NCBI GenBank assembly: GCA_031397435.1
Contig: JANNMC010000404.1
Location: 1-52,983, forward strand
Origin: Candidatus Eiseniibacteriota bacterium
Lineage (GTDB): Bacteria > Eisenbacteria > RBG-16-71-46 > SZUA-252
Direction of reading: 5' to 3'
Length of the DNA: 52,983 bases
Each line of letters opens with the position of its first letter. Within the stretch, counting starts at the first letter, position 1. Under the pieces are notes generated by a model. The model had not been told where the DNA came from, made no database searches, and saw only the letters and a program-made list of their open reading frames with translations. Shown here one piece after another: positions 7,892 to 16,238 of the stretch. Made by a program: the position numbers and the translations under genes.

Positions 7892-9430
7892 CTAGCGAGC
7901 GTCGTAGACGCTACGTAGCGAGCGACGAATAGCAGGAAGCATTTCAGCGCAGAAGTTCGCGAGAAGCCGTTCCGCGTCGCGCGGTTCGCGTGACGATGCG
8001 GTAAGTACGATCATCGCAGCGTGGTCGCGCCGTCCCAAGATGCGCGCGCGCGCCTGCAGAAACTTTGCCCGAATCGGATTGGTGGTGTATTCATCCGGGA
8101 TCCAGTACCAGTGCCATACGACCAACTGTTCGTCACGTGAGCGAAGCACCGTCTCCCGGAGCGTGAAGGCTGATCCTCCGTCCGCGACCTGCCGATCCAC
8201 CTCTCGGACCGTTCGCCACTCCGAGTCCTCCTCATGGACGATGCTGTTTCGTTCGCGCAGCAATTCCCTGCCCTGGGATTGATTCGCGTAGTACGCCATG
8301 TAGCACTGGACCGAGCCCTCGGTCGCTCCGTACGCCCTGTTCGACTCTGAAGTCGCGCCATGGAAGAGGGGGCGCCACATGCCGTGCGCCGCGGCCTCGA
8401 CCTTCCAAGCCCCGGACGGCGGCGGGGTGGCGACGGTCGCGATCGCTGGCTCCCCCTCGTGTGAAGCCGCGAAACGGTCGAAGGCCGGCCACGCCACCAC
8501 GGCGAGGAGGGCGAGGCCGGTGACAACGAGTCGCTGTCCGCCCGGGGCGGCCCTCGAGACGTCCGATTCCGGCTCCTCTCTCTCGCCAGGCGCCCCACTG
8601 GTTTCACGGTCTCGGAAGTGGGCGCCAAGCAGGAACCAGCCGCTCATGATGATGGTGAACACGAGCCAGCCGTAGAAGTAGTGATCGAACCCCTGCCCCC
8701 GGCGCATCTCCGTCAGATGTCCGATCAGGATGAGCACGTAGGCCCGGACTCCGTTGGCGAAGATGGAGACGGCGATAGCGGAAACGACAAAGAGCGCCCG
8801 TTTCAAGATGGACCGGTACGTGAGGAAAGCGAAGAGCGTGGCCAGGACGGCGCCCGCGACGGTGAAACGCAATCCGCTGCACGACTCGAGAATCTGCCAT
8901 CGCGAGTTCGGAAGGATGATAAAGAGCCCTTCCCGGGCTACCGTGAGCCCGCTCCAGCGAAGTGCCTGCTCCGCGAAGTCGGCCGTGATGACCATGAGCG
9001 TCGGTTGGAGAAAATCGCCGAACGGCACCGAGAAGAAGAGAAACGCGAGCGGAAACGCGAGCCGGTGCGTCGCCCGCCAGCCGAAGTGCGCCACGACGAG
9101 AACCGGGATCATCGCAACGAAGCTAAGCTGCTCGAGAAGCAATGTGCTGGCGGCGCGGCCCACGAGCCAGGCGAAACCGATGGGGATCAGCGCGAGGAGT
9201 GCGAGCGGCGTGGGATGGGGCCGAAGCGTCGCCAGGGAGGCGCGGGACCTCCAGGCGAGGTAGACACAAGCCGGAGCGACAAAGAAACCGTATACGAAGG
9301 TGTCGGAGTGGCTCCAGATGTTGACGAGCGACGCGATTGTCGTGCCGTACGCGAGGAGCGTGGCGAGGAGCGTGAACGCGAAGGCAAGGAGCGCCCCTTT
9401 CCAGGCGCGCGGGGGAACGTCCAGGTTCAC
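7892..9430 (-). CDS. xrtA: exosortase A (XrtA/EpsH1-type) fused to a C-terminal EpsI-family domain
   Basis: Track ORF 7892..9784 has an Arg-rich N-terminus overlapping the upstream gene. I start it at GTG 9430 (VNLDVPPRAWKGALLAFAF...), which overlaps the upstream TAG by 1 nt (TAGTG). It is multi-TM with exosortase motifs ILESCSGLRF (Cys), ANGVRAY (Arg) and LIGHL (His). The C-terminal ~190 aa (...VVWHWYWIPDEYTTNPIRAKFLQARARILG...) look like EpsI. The neighbourhood carries the named exosortase-A-associated marker genes. Confidence 0.85.
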   Translation of the reverse strand: MNLDVPPRAWKGALLAFAFTLLATLLAYGTTIASLVNIWSHSDTFVYGFFVAPACVYLAWRSRASLATLRPHPTPLALLALIPIGFAWLVGRAASTLLLEQLSFVAMIPVLVVAHFGWRATHRLAFPLAFLFFSVPFGDFLQPTLMVITADFAEQALRWSGLTVAREGLFIILPNSRWQILESCSGLRFTVAGAVLATLFAFLTYRSILKRALFVVSAIAVSIFANGVRAYVLILIGHLTEMRRGQGFDHYFYGWLVFTIIMSGWFLLGAHFRDRETSGAPGEREEPESDVSRAAPGGQRLVVTGLALLAVVAWPAFDRFAASHEGEPAIATVATPPPSGAWKVEAAAHGMWRPLFHGATSESNRAYGATEGSVQCYMAYYANQSQGRELLRERNSIVHEEDSEWRTVREVDRQVADGGSAFTLRETVLRSRDEQLVVWHWYWIPDEYTTNPIRAKFLQARARILGRRDHAAMIVLTASSREPRDAERLLANFCAEMLPAIRRSLRSVYDAR

Positions 9431-10458
9431 TACGGGAGAAGGACCAGGCGTTCGCGTACCCGCGTGCTCCCGATGCTGCCCAGGAGTTCGTAGTAGCCCG
9501 GGGCAACCTGTTGCCCGCCACGTCCTGCCCGATTCCACGTCACTTCGGATAACCCTCGCGGGTAGGTGCCGTCCACTACCGTTGCAACCCAGCGGCCCGT
9601 CATGTCGAAAAGCCGTACGTCGACGGCCATGGAGGTGCTCGACTGAACGTCCACGACGATCGTGACGGGACCGTTCGCTGGATTGGGATAGACGTGGAGA
9701 TTTGAGACGCTGGTCGAAGCGGCCGGCGGCGGTATCGTTCCGGGCAAGGTCACCGTCCTCGTGGCCGTGGACGGCCCCTCGCATGTGGGCCCCATGTACG
9801 CGGCGCGATAGCGGTATGTCGTTCCTGGGGAAACGGAGGTGTCCAGGAACGAGGTCGTGCCGACCGAGAGGTTCTGGATCTCACTCCAGGGGCCTGTCAT
9901 TCCAAGCGCTCGGTAAAGGTGGAGCGAGGTGGCAAGCGGATCGCTGGTCGTACCCCAGGACAACGATACCTGCCCCGTATCCGCCACGGCGTCGAAAAGG
10001 TTGGGTGCGTCCGCGGGAGCGCTGCACGGCTGGGTCGTGCCCGAAGCGACGTTGGAGAAGTCGGAGATATTGAGACTCTCGTCCAGCGCTCGAAGAATGA
10101 AATAGAACGTGGTCCCGGGCGTCAAGCCAGTGACCTTCGTGGAATCGGCGGCTCCGGCCGGCGCGAGAGGGGGGCCCAGCGTCAGCCGCTGGGAAAAAGG
10201 AACGGCGTTATCCCACCACGTGGTCATGTCGGATCCCACGGGTGTTGTACTGTAGCGAAGTTGGTAGCTGCTGACCTGTCCCTGATTGCCGTCGTCTCCC
10301 GGGGCCACCCACAGCACCGTCAGGCTATTCGCCGGCGTCGCCTGGGCATGCGCGGGAGGTGCAGCGACGAGTAGCGCTAGCATGCAAATGGCAAGCGCAC
10401 AGGCGACTCTCGCCGCCCGGACGACTCGCGGCAATCCGTTCCTGAACCGCAGGCTCAT
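9430..10458 (-). CDS. exported Fn3-repeat protein with FlgD-Ig / T9SS-type-A-like C-terminal domain
   Basis: 342 aa; ATG preceded by GGAGG. Signal peptide ends ...LLVAAPPAHAQ. APGDDG-type repeat (LTVLWVAPGDDGNQGQVSSYQLRY...WWDNA...FYFIL), second Fn3 (VSLSWGTTSD...YRYRAAY), and C-terminal VYPNPANGPVTIVV...RLFDMTGRWV...VAPGYYELL...LVLLP. Same architecture as 4489-5475. Confidence 0.8.
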   Translation of the reverse strand: MSLRFRNGLPRVVRAARVACALAICMLALLVAAPPAHAQATPANSLTVLWVAPGDDGNQGQVSSYQLRYSTTPVGSDMTTWWDNAVPFSQRLTLGPPLAPAGAADSTKVTGLTPGTTFYFILRALDESLNISDFSNVASGTTQPCSAPADAPNLFDAVADTGQVSLSWGTTSDPLATSLHLYRALGMTGPWSEIQNLSVGTTSFLDTSVSPGTTYRYRAAYMGPTCEGPSTATRTVTLPGTIPPPAASTSVSNLHVYPNPANGPVTIVVDVQSSTSMAVDVRLFDMTGRWVATVVDGTYPRGLSEVTWNRAGRGGQQVAPGYYELLGSIGSTRVRERLVLLP

Positions 10459-10513
10459 TTCACACCTCCGCGTTTCCAGCTACCCTTCGACCCAAGCGAT
10501 CAACCGAGAATGA

Positions 10514-10530
10514 CGCAATTTGCGATCCAA
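10514..10530 (-). promoter_or_regulatory. sigma54 (-24/-12) promoter candidate for the Fn3-xrtA operon
   Basis: Minus strand reads TTGGATC-GCAAA-TTGCG with correct GG-N10-GC spacing and an exact TTGC at -12; 8/11 overall. It lies ~55 nt upstream of ATG 10458. I found no convincing sigma70 hexamers in this gap. Confidence 0.4.
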
Positions 10531-10751
10531 TGCCACCTCACTTCTCGCGGAAATCTCTTGCACTCGAAGTCGCGTCGTAACGTGCTCCGAGGAAGGTGGT
10601 TACCCCATTCCATGGGGAAACCTAATCGCCTGGGTCACGGGTCCTTTCAGAGTCACCGGGCACGCCGGGGCCGGTCGGTAGTTGGCCGGCCGTTGCACTT
10701 TCCCGTTTCTCGTGTTCACGGCGCCCGGCTCGCCCCTACGGTTGTCCCCGC

Positions 10752-10767
10752 TGGCTCGAATCGTGCT
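10752..10767 (+). promoter_or_regulatory. sigma54 (-24/-12) promoter candidate for the beta-helix gene
   Basis: Plus strand reads TGGCTC-GAATC-GTGCT with correct spacing, 9/11. It lies ~110 nt upstream of ATG 10879. Confidence 0.35.
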
Positions 10768-10878
10768 AATTTCAGAGCGGCGCTGGCCCACGAATCTGGA
10801 ACGATTTTGCGGCTCGAGGGTACCCTTGATCCAGACGGCCCCAACATCAGGAGAGCGGAACATGAACGGCTGGCGAGT

Positions 10879-12360
10879 ATGTCCCCCCTCCTGACCCCGG
10901 CAGGCCTCGATACGAGAAGGTCTGCCTTGGCGCACTCCGCCATCGCGGGAGCGCTGCTCCTCTACGCCGCGATGGGTCCAGGGATGGCCAACGCGCGAAC
11001 CTATGTCGCGAATCCGCAGGCAACCTCCGGGCAGGCGGGTTACTACCAGACGCTTCGGAATTCGTTGGTCCCTGGCGATACTCTCTACCTCCCAGCCGGC
11101 TTCTATGCGGAGCGGCTCAATCTCGATGGTCTGAATGGCACCCCTTCGGCCTGGATCGTCATCACGGGTCCCGAGTCGGGCCCGCCGGCCACGATCACGA
11201 CGACGTCAACCTGCTGCAACACGGTGCAGCTCGGCGGTACGTCCTACGTCGTGCTCCGGAACATCACTGTCGACAGCGCCGGTCTGGACGCCATCGACGG
11301 TATCAACGCGAAAGGCAATCCGACCCACGACATCGTGATCGAGAACTGCACCCTGATCGGGCAGGACAACAGCCAAGGTACCATCGGAATCTCCACAAAA
11401 TCGCCGGCCTGGCGCTGGACCATTCGCGGCAATCGCATCATCCATGCGGGGACTGGCGTCTACCTCGGGAACTCGGACGGAACACAGCCCTTCGTCTCGG
11501 GGATCATCGAAGGCAACCTGTTCTTGAACTCCATCGGGTACAACATGGAGATCAAGAATCAGCTCGCCTATGGGGCTCAGGCGTGGGCCTCTCAGCTCCC
11601 GCCTGATCCCCATAGGACGATCATTCGGAACAACGTCTTCATCAAGGAGAAGAATGACTGGGCGCCGGGACAAGTGGTGGGGGCGAGGCCCAATCTACTC
11701 GTCGATCCATTCCCCGATACCGGAACCGGAAGTGCCGATCTCTATGAGATCTACGGCAACTTCTTCTACAAGAACCCCAACGAAGTCCTGCTCCAGGCGA
11801 CGGGGCGGATGACCGTTCACGACAATGTATTCGTGGCCTCCTCCGGAGGCCGCGCGGCGGCTCTCTTCACGGACCACAACGGACCGCTAAAGCTCGCGCA
11901 CGTCTACAACAATTCCGTCTTCAGCGCGGCCGGCGGTGGATTCCATTTCTCCGTGGCGCCTCGCGAGGGAGGAATTGTGCGCGGAAATCTGATCGTGACC
12001 GCTGGGAGCGCGCTGAGTGGGGCGGTACCGACGGCGGGCGGCAATCTCGTCGGTACTCCCTCGGACGGGAAGACCTACTTCACGGCTCCTTCGGAATCCC
12101 TAGGGCAAATGGATTTCTACCCCGCGGTTTCGTGCGTGGGATGCAGCGGGACTCCCCTCGATCTGACCCCCTTTGCCGGGAACACGGGCTTCACGCTCGA
12201 CTTCAATGGCGCATCCAAGGGGGACTTTCGGTTCCGTGGTGCCTACGCCGGGGAAGGTGCGAATCCGGGGTGGCGGCTGCAAGCAGTCCTGAAGCCACAG
12301 GGGTTCATCGGCTCCGATACACTCCCTCCGGGTCCACCGATCAACCTGCGCACTCCCTGA
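10879..12360 (+). CDS. secreted right-handed parallel beta-helix protein (polysaccharide lyase/hydrolase/epimerase-like)
   Basis: The track ORF starts at 10510, but its first 123 codons are Arg/His-rich. I start at ATG 10879 (MSPLLTPAGLDTRRSALAHSAIAGALLLYAAMGPGMANA, a signal peptide). Repeated beta-helix-type segments follow: NITVDSAGLDAIDGINAKGNPTHDIVIENCTLIG, IRGNRIIHAGTGVYLGNSDG, GNLFLNS. Confidence 0.7.
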   Translation: MSPLLTPAGLDTRRSALAHSAIAGALLLYAAMGPGMANARTYVANPQATSGQAGYYQTLRNSLVPGDTLYLPAGFYAERLNLDGLNGTPSAWIVITGPESGPPATITTTSTCCNTVQLGGTSYVVLRNITVDSAGLDAIDGINAKGNPTHDIVIENCTLIGQDNSQGTIGISTKSPAWRWTIRGNRIIHAGTGVYLGNSDGTQPFVSGIIEGNLFLNSIGYNMEIKNQLAYGAQAWASQLPPDPHRTIIRNNVFIKEKNDWAPGQVVGARPNLLVDPFPDTGTGSADLYEIYGNFFYKNPNEVLLQATGRMTVHDNVFVASSGGRAAALFTDHNGPLKLAHVYNNSVFSAAGGGFHFSVAPREGGIVRGNLIVTAGSALSGAVPTAGGNLVGTPSDGKTYFTAPSESLGQMDFYPAVSCVGCSGTPLDLTPFAGNTGFTLDFNGASKGDFRFRGAYAGEGANPGWRLQAVLKPQGFIGSDTLPPGPPINLRTP

Positions 12361-13642
12361 TCCTTCCGCCCTCCGGCTCCGGGTCCGGCTCGGGCTCTGG
12401 TTGTGAGAGCGCCCAGGCCTCCCGGTGTGCGAGCGCCTTCAGAATGATCGTGGCGGCGACCAGGTGATAGTAGAGATCGAAGTTCGCTCGTCCCAGAAAC
12501 GCACCGCTCGCCATGTAACCGATCAACGCGATCTGAAGCATGTTCGCGTAGCTGGCGACCCACTTCAATTCCGGCCACCGGCCATAGCGGCGGCTAAGCC
12601 CCTGAAGGCTCACGATCGACGACACGAGAATGGTCAAGAAGAGGCCGAGCCCCAAGAAGCCTTGTTCCCCCAGCATCTCGAAGTAAATGCTGTGCGCGGC
12701 ATGAAAGTCGGTGGGATCGGGGGCGTACCGAAGGAATAGATCAGGCGAGAAGGTGTTAAAGCCGCCGCCGAGGATACGGTCGGACGCGACATTGAAGGCG
12801 AACCACCACGCATTGATCCGCCCCAGCGCCGATTCGTCGTCCATGTCGCCGATGGTCATCATTCGGTCCAGCCACTGACCGGGCATTAGAGAAAAGCCGC
12901 CGACGGCCACGACCAGGAACACGATCATCGCCAGAGCCTTCCTCTTCGACTTCAAGAGTGCCCAGCCCGAGACGGCCGCGAGCCCGACGAATCCCCCGCG
13001 CGAGTAGGTGAAGATGACGGATATCGCGGAAAGCGCGCCGGCGGCGCGAAGTCCCCACCGCAGCCATCCGCGCGCCTCATCCCGGGCCAGATAGAAGAGG
13101 ATCGGTAGGACCATGACGGTGGCCAGGGCCAAGTCGTTGTTGTCCTCCAGGAATGACCCCGGGGGCCCGTAAATGCGATCGGTTCCACCGCCTCGTAGGC
13201 TGAAGATCCCGCCTTTGACGCCGAAAAAGCCCACGGAGAGAGCGATCACGAGGAGGAACATCCGGAATCGGTCCCGTGACGTGATGAGAGCCATGGTGGT
13301 GGCGGTCATCAGGAGTATCTTCGAAACCTGCTGGAAGCGATCCCACGCAGCCGCCGGGTAGAACGCGAAACTCGTCGTGACGATGAAGAGGACATAGAGG
13401 GCAATCAGCAGGATTGTCTCGCGCTCGAACGGGATCTTCACGCGATCCTTGGTGAACATGAGTCCGAGCAGCGTAGCGGCGCCGATGGCCATCGCGGCTG
13501 GGAAGTTGTAGGCGATGCCCCAGGTGAGCCGGTGGGGATTCATGTAGCTGATCCAGCACCAGTAGAGGACGCCGAGGAACGGCCGGAAGATGGCGATCGG
13601 AACTCCGGCGAGGATGATGGCCAGCACGAGATAGTCGCGCAT
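12341..13642 (-). CDS. putative O-glycosylation ligase / O-antigen-ligase-like protein, exosortase A system-associated
   Basis: 433 aa, ~10 TM; start preceded by GAGGAG. The N-terminus MRDYLVLAIILAGVPIAIFRPFLGVLYWCWISYMNPHRL and a Wzy_C-like core match my memory of the family of that name. It has a C-terminal EPEPEPDPEPE tail. Confidence 0.82.
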   Translation of the reverse strand: MRDYLVLAIILAGVPIAIFRPFLGVLYWCWISYMNPHRLTWGIAYNFPAAMAIGAATLLGLMFTKDRVKIPFERETILLIALYVLFIVTTSFAFYPAAAWDRFQQVSKILLMTATTMALITSRDRFRMFLLVIALSVGFFGVKGGIFSLRGGGTDRIYGPPGSFLEDNNDLALATVMVLPILFYLARDEARGWLRWGLRAAGALSAISVIFTYSRGGFVGLAAVSGWALLKSKRKALAMIVFLVVAVGGFSLMPGQWLDRMMTIGDMDDESALGRINAWWFAFNVASDRILGGGFNTFSPDLFLRYAPDPTDFHAAHSIYFEMLGEQGFLGLGLFLTILVSSIVSLQGLSRRYGRWPELKWVASYANMLQIALIGYMASGAFLGRANFDLYYHLVAATIILKALAHREAWALSQPEPEPDPEPEGGRIRECAG

Positions 13643-13655
13643 CGATGCTCCTCGG

Positions 13656-14900
13656 TCAGCCTCCGGTTATGGAATCGAGCAGCGCCGCCAGCTCGCGCGC
13701 CCTCGCGCGGCGTGAGTACCGCTCGACAACATCCAACCCCGGCACGGTGGCCGTTCCCCGCCGAACGGAGTCGATGAATCGCGCCAACCCGGAGGCGATC
13801 TCCTCTTCCGAGTCGAGGGGGACGACGCTTTCGACACCGGCATCCAGAAGGACACGAGCCGTGTCACCGTGGGAATCGGTCATCGCGAAGATCGGGCGCC
13901 CAGCGCGCAGGTACTCGTAGAGCTTCGCCGGAATCTGGTGATTGCAGTTCGCGGCCTGAAAGAGCAGAAGCCCGTCGGCCGCCAGCAGCTCAGCCAGAGC
14001 GGCGCGATACCCGATCGGTGGCTCGAGCTTCACGATGTCGTCGATCTTCCGCTCTCGCAGCATCGGACGATAGTGATCGTCGGAACCACTCGCACGGAGA
14101 ACGATCTGCACGGTTTGCGGCGAGATGACGCCGCTCCGCCGGAGCGTGCCGACCGCGTCGAAGAAGGGCCGGGGGTCGCGCTCATCGGGATAGAGCAGGC
14201 CGCTGTGCACCAGTACCGCCGGCGCCCCCTCAGCGCGCGCCGGAACTCGGACGCCTTCCGCGTCCTGGAAGGGCCCCTCGTCGAATCCGTTCGGAATCAC
14301 CGCCCACCGGTCCGCCGATAGATGGGGGTAGCGCTCCGCGTACATGCGTCGGGCGCCGGGGGTCGTGAAGACGGAGCGCGAGGCTCGCTCGACGGTGCTC
14401 CGTTCGATTCGCTGCCGGACTCCTCGGACCGTCGCGTCGGGCGGAAAGTTGGGCTCGGTCATGGAATCGCGAAAATCGGCGACCCACGGAAGACCCGAGG
14501 TCCGGTGCAGGGAGAGACCGACCAGGTGCGCCGTGGTGATCGGATAGGTGGACCAGATGGCGTCGGGGCGATGGCGCCGGATGATCCCCCACCCCGTCGG
14601 GACAGCTCCCAGGAGCCAACTCGCCCAGCGATCCGGAAGCGCAAAGGCCTTCGGATAGGCGCCGCGGATCGAGAGGTGCCGGGATGTGTCGAGGGCGAAG
14701 GGGCGGTAGACCGGGACATCAGAGGGGATGTCGCCAAGTTGGTCGGTGCCTGTGGCTGGATAGGCTCGTGGATGGGCGGACAGGATGATCGGCTGCCAGC
14801 CGAACTCGCGGAGATCGCGGGAGAATGCGAGTGTACGCTGGATCCCGCTGCTACCCCGGAGTGGAGGGTAGTGGTAGGCAATCATGAGAATCCGCTTCAT
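13656..14900 (-). CDS. glycosyltransferase family 4
   Basis: Start trimmed to ATG 14900 (MKRILMIAYHYPPLRGSSGIQRTLAF...). GT-B fold features run throughout, with a C-terminal nucleotide-sugar-binding half (...QIPAKLYEYLRAGRPIFAMTD...). Confidence 0.8.
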   Translation of the reverse strand: MKRILMIAYHYPPLRGSSGIQRTLAFSRDLREFGWQPIILSAHPRAYPATGTDQLGDIPSDVPVYRPFALDTSRHLSIRGAYPKAFALPDRWASWLLGAVPTGWGIIRRHRPDAIWSTYPITTAHLVGLSLHRTSGLPWVADFRDSMTEPNFPPDATVRGVRQRIERSTVERASRSVFTTPGARRMYAERYPHLSADRWAVIPNGFDEGPFQDAEGVRVPARAEGAPAVLVHSGLLYPDERDPRPFFDAVGTLRRSGVISPQTVQIVLRASGSDDHYRPMLRERKIDDIVKLEPPIGYRAALAELLAADGLLLFQAANCNHQIPAKLYEYLRAGRPIFAMTDSHGDTARVLLDAGVESVVPLDSEEEIASGLARFIDSVRRGTATVPGLDVVERYSRRARARELAALLDSITGG

Positions 14901-14931
14901 GCCCTTCGGGAGGGGGCCGACCTTCGGACGT

Positions 14932-16236
14932 TCAGGAAAGGTCCCCAAGGGTCTCCTCGTAACTCCCCGCCCGGCGCGCCACGATCGCCTCGCCGTCGCG
15001 GATGAAGATCTCCGCGGGCGTCGGCTGGCTCAGGAAGCCGAGCGGACTTGCCGAGCGGGCGTAGGCTCCCGACTGAAAGACTCCGAACAGGTCCCCCACT
15101 TCGACCGCCGGGAGCGCCAGATCGCGCGCGATGACGTCGAGCGGCGTGCAGAGCGGGCCGACGACATCGGCTTTCAGGAGTGGTTCCTCGCCGAGTCGGT
15201 TCAGAATCGCCGCCGGGAAGTTCCGCTTGATCACCTGGCCGAGGTTACCCGACGCGGCCAGGTGGTGATTCATTCCGCCGTCGACGATGAGAAACGTCTT
15301 TCCCCGCGATACCTTCATGTCGTTCACGCGGGTCACGTAGATCCCCGCCTCACCGGCGAGGTAGCGGCCCGGTTCGATGATGAAGCGCGTACCCTTGAAG
15401 CGGGCGTCGTTCGCCAGTTCCCCCACCAATTCCGCAAGACCCTCGGCGAGCGGCGCGAGGGCCAGGGGCGATTCGCTCGCGAAGTAGGGGATCCCGAGTC
15501 CGCCACCAAAGTCGAGCGTGCGGAGCGGGCGCGCCATTCGGTCGGCCACGCGGCGGGCGATCTCGATTCCGCGGCGATACTGGGTAACGAGGATTCGGTG
15601 GTCGAGGATCTGAGTTCCCGCGTAGAGGTGGATCCCCTGAAGGTCGAGCGATGGCAGGGCGAGGAGGCGGTCGAGGACCTCATCGAGAATTTCCTCGTCA
15701 ACGCCGAAGGGCGCTGGCTTTCCACCCATCCGCATGGCGCCTCCTTGCGCCTCGGCGCCCGGGTTGACCCGAAGCGCGACGCGCGTCCGAATTCCCAAGC
15801 GAGTGCTGATGGCCGCGACCCGCGCCGCTTCGAGCGTCGACTCGACGTGGATCTCGCCGATTCCCCGCTCGAGCACGTAGGCGAGTTCCCGCTCGGTCTT
15901 TCCGGGACCCGCGAAGAGGATTCGGCCCGCCTCGCATCCCGCGTGGAGTGCCTGGTGAAACTCCCCCGCGGAGGCGATCTCGAGTCCCAGGCCGCGCGAC
16001 ACGAAGTGACGGACGACGGCGGGACACGGGTTCGCCTTGACGGAATAGTAAATCTCGAAGGGGGCCGGATAGGCCGAGCGCAAGCCCTCGAACTGACGGT
16101 CCAGCGCGGCCGCGTCGTAGATGAAGATTGGCGTTCCGTACGAGGCAACCAGATCTCGGATCGCGAAGCCGCCCACCAGAAGCTCTCCATCGCGCGATCC
16201 AAAATGGCGGGCCACGATCTCCCGGACGTGCTCCAC
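14932..16236 (-). CDS. pyridoxal-dependent decarboxylase, exosortase A system-associated (Orn/DAP/Arg decarboxylase fold)
   Basis: Track ORF 14932..16752 trimmed: its first 172 codons are Arg-rich and overlap the ligase gene. GTG 16236 (VEHVREIVARHFG...) lies 2 nt after the ligase stop. The PLP-lysine motif is YYSVKANP, and later motifs are GGGLGIPY and EPGRYL. Confidence 0.88.
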   Translation of the reverse strand: MEHVREIVARHFGSRDGELLVGGFAIRDLVASYGTPIFIYDAAALDRQFEGLRSAYPAPFEIYYSVKANPCPAVVRHFVSRGLGLEIASAGEFHQALHAGCEAGRILFAGPGKTERELAYVLERGIGEIHVESTLEAARVAAISTRLGIRTRVALRVNPGAEAQGGAMRMGGKPAPFGVDEEILDEVLDRLLALPSLDLQGIHLYAGTQILDHRILVTQYRRGIEIARRVADRMARPLRTLDFGGGLGIPYFASESPLALAPLAEGLAELVGELANDARFKGTRFIIEPGRYLAGEAGIYVTRVNDMKVSRGKTFLIVDGGMNHHLAASGNLGQVIKRNFPAAILNRLGEEPLLKADVVGPLCTPLDVIARDLALPAVEVGDLFGVFQSGAYARSASPLGFLSQPTPAEIFIRDGEAIVARRAGSYEETLGDLS

Positions 16237-16238
16237 GG

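Noticed and set aside
9431-9784. 118-codon N-terminal extension of the exosortase ORF in the track.
   Set aside because: It is Arg/His-rich and non-hydrophobic, and it overlaps the well-supported C-terminal domain of the upstream Fn3 gene in another frame. GTG 9430 at the stop/start overlap gives a typical exosortase N-terminus.
10519-10535. TGGCAT-TGGAT-CGCA register of the minus-strand element upstream of 10458.
   Set aside because: In this register the GC is one nucleotide too close. The overlapping register TGGATC-GCAAA-TTGCG (10515-10529) has the correct spacing and was the one reported.
10797-10810. TGGAACGATTTTGC, which looks like a sigma54 -24/-12 element on the plus strand.
   Set aside because: The GG-to-GC spacing is one nucleotide short of the invariant spacing. 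The better-spaced TGGCTC-N5-GTGCT at 10752-10767 was reported instead, at low confidence.
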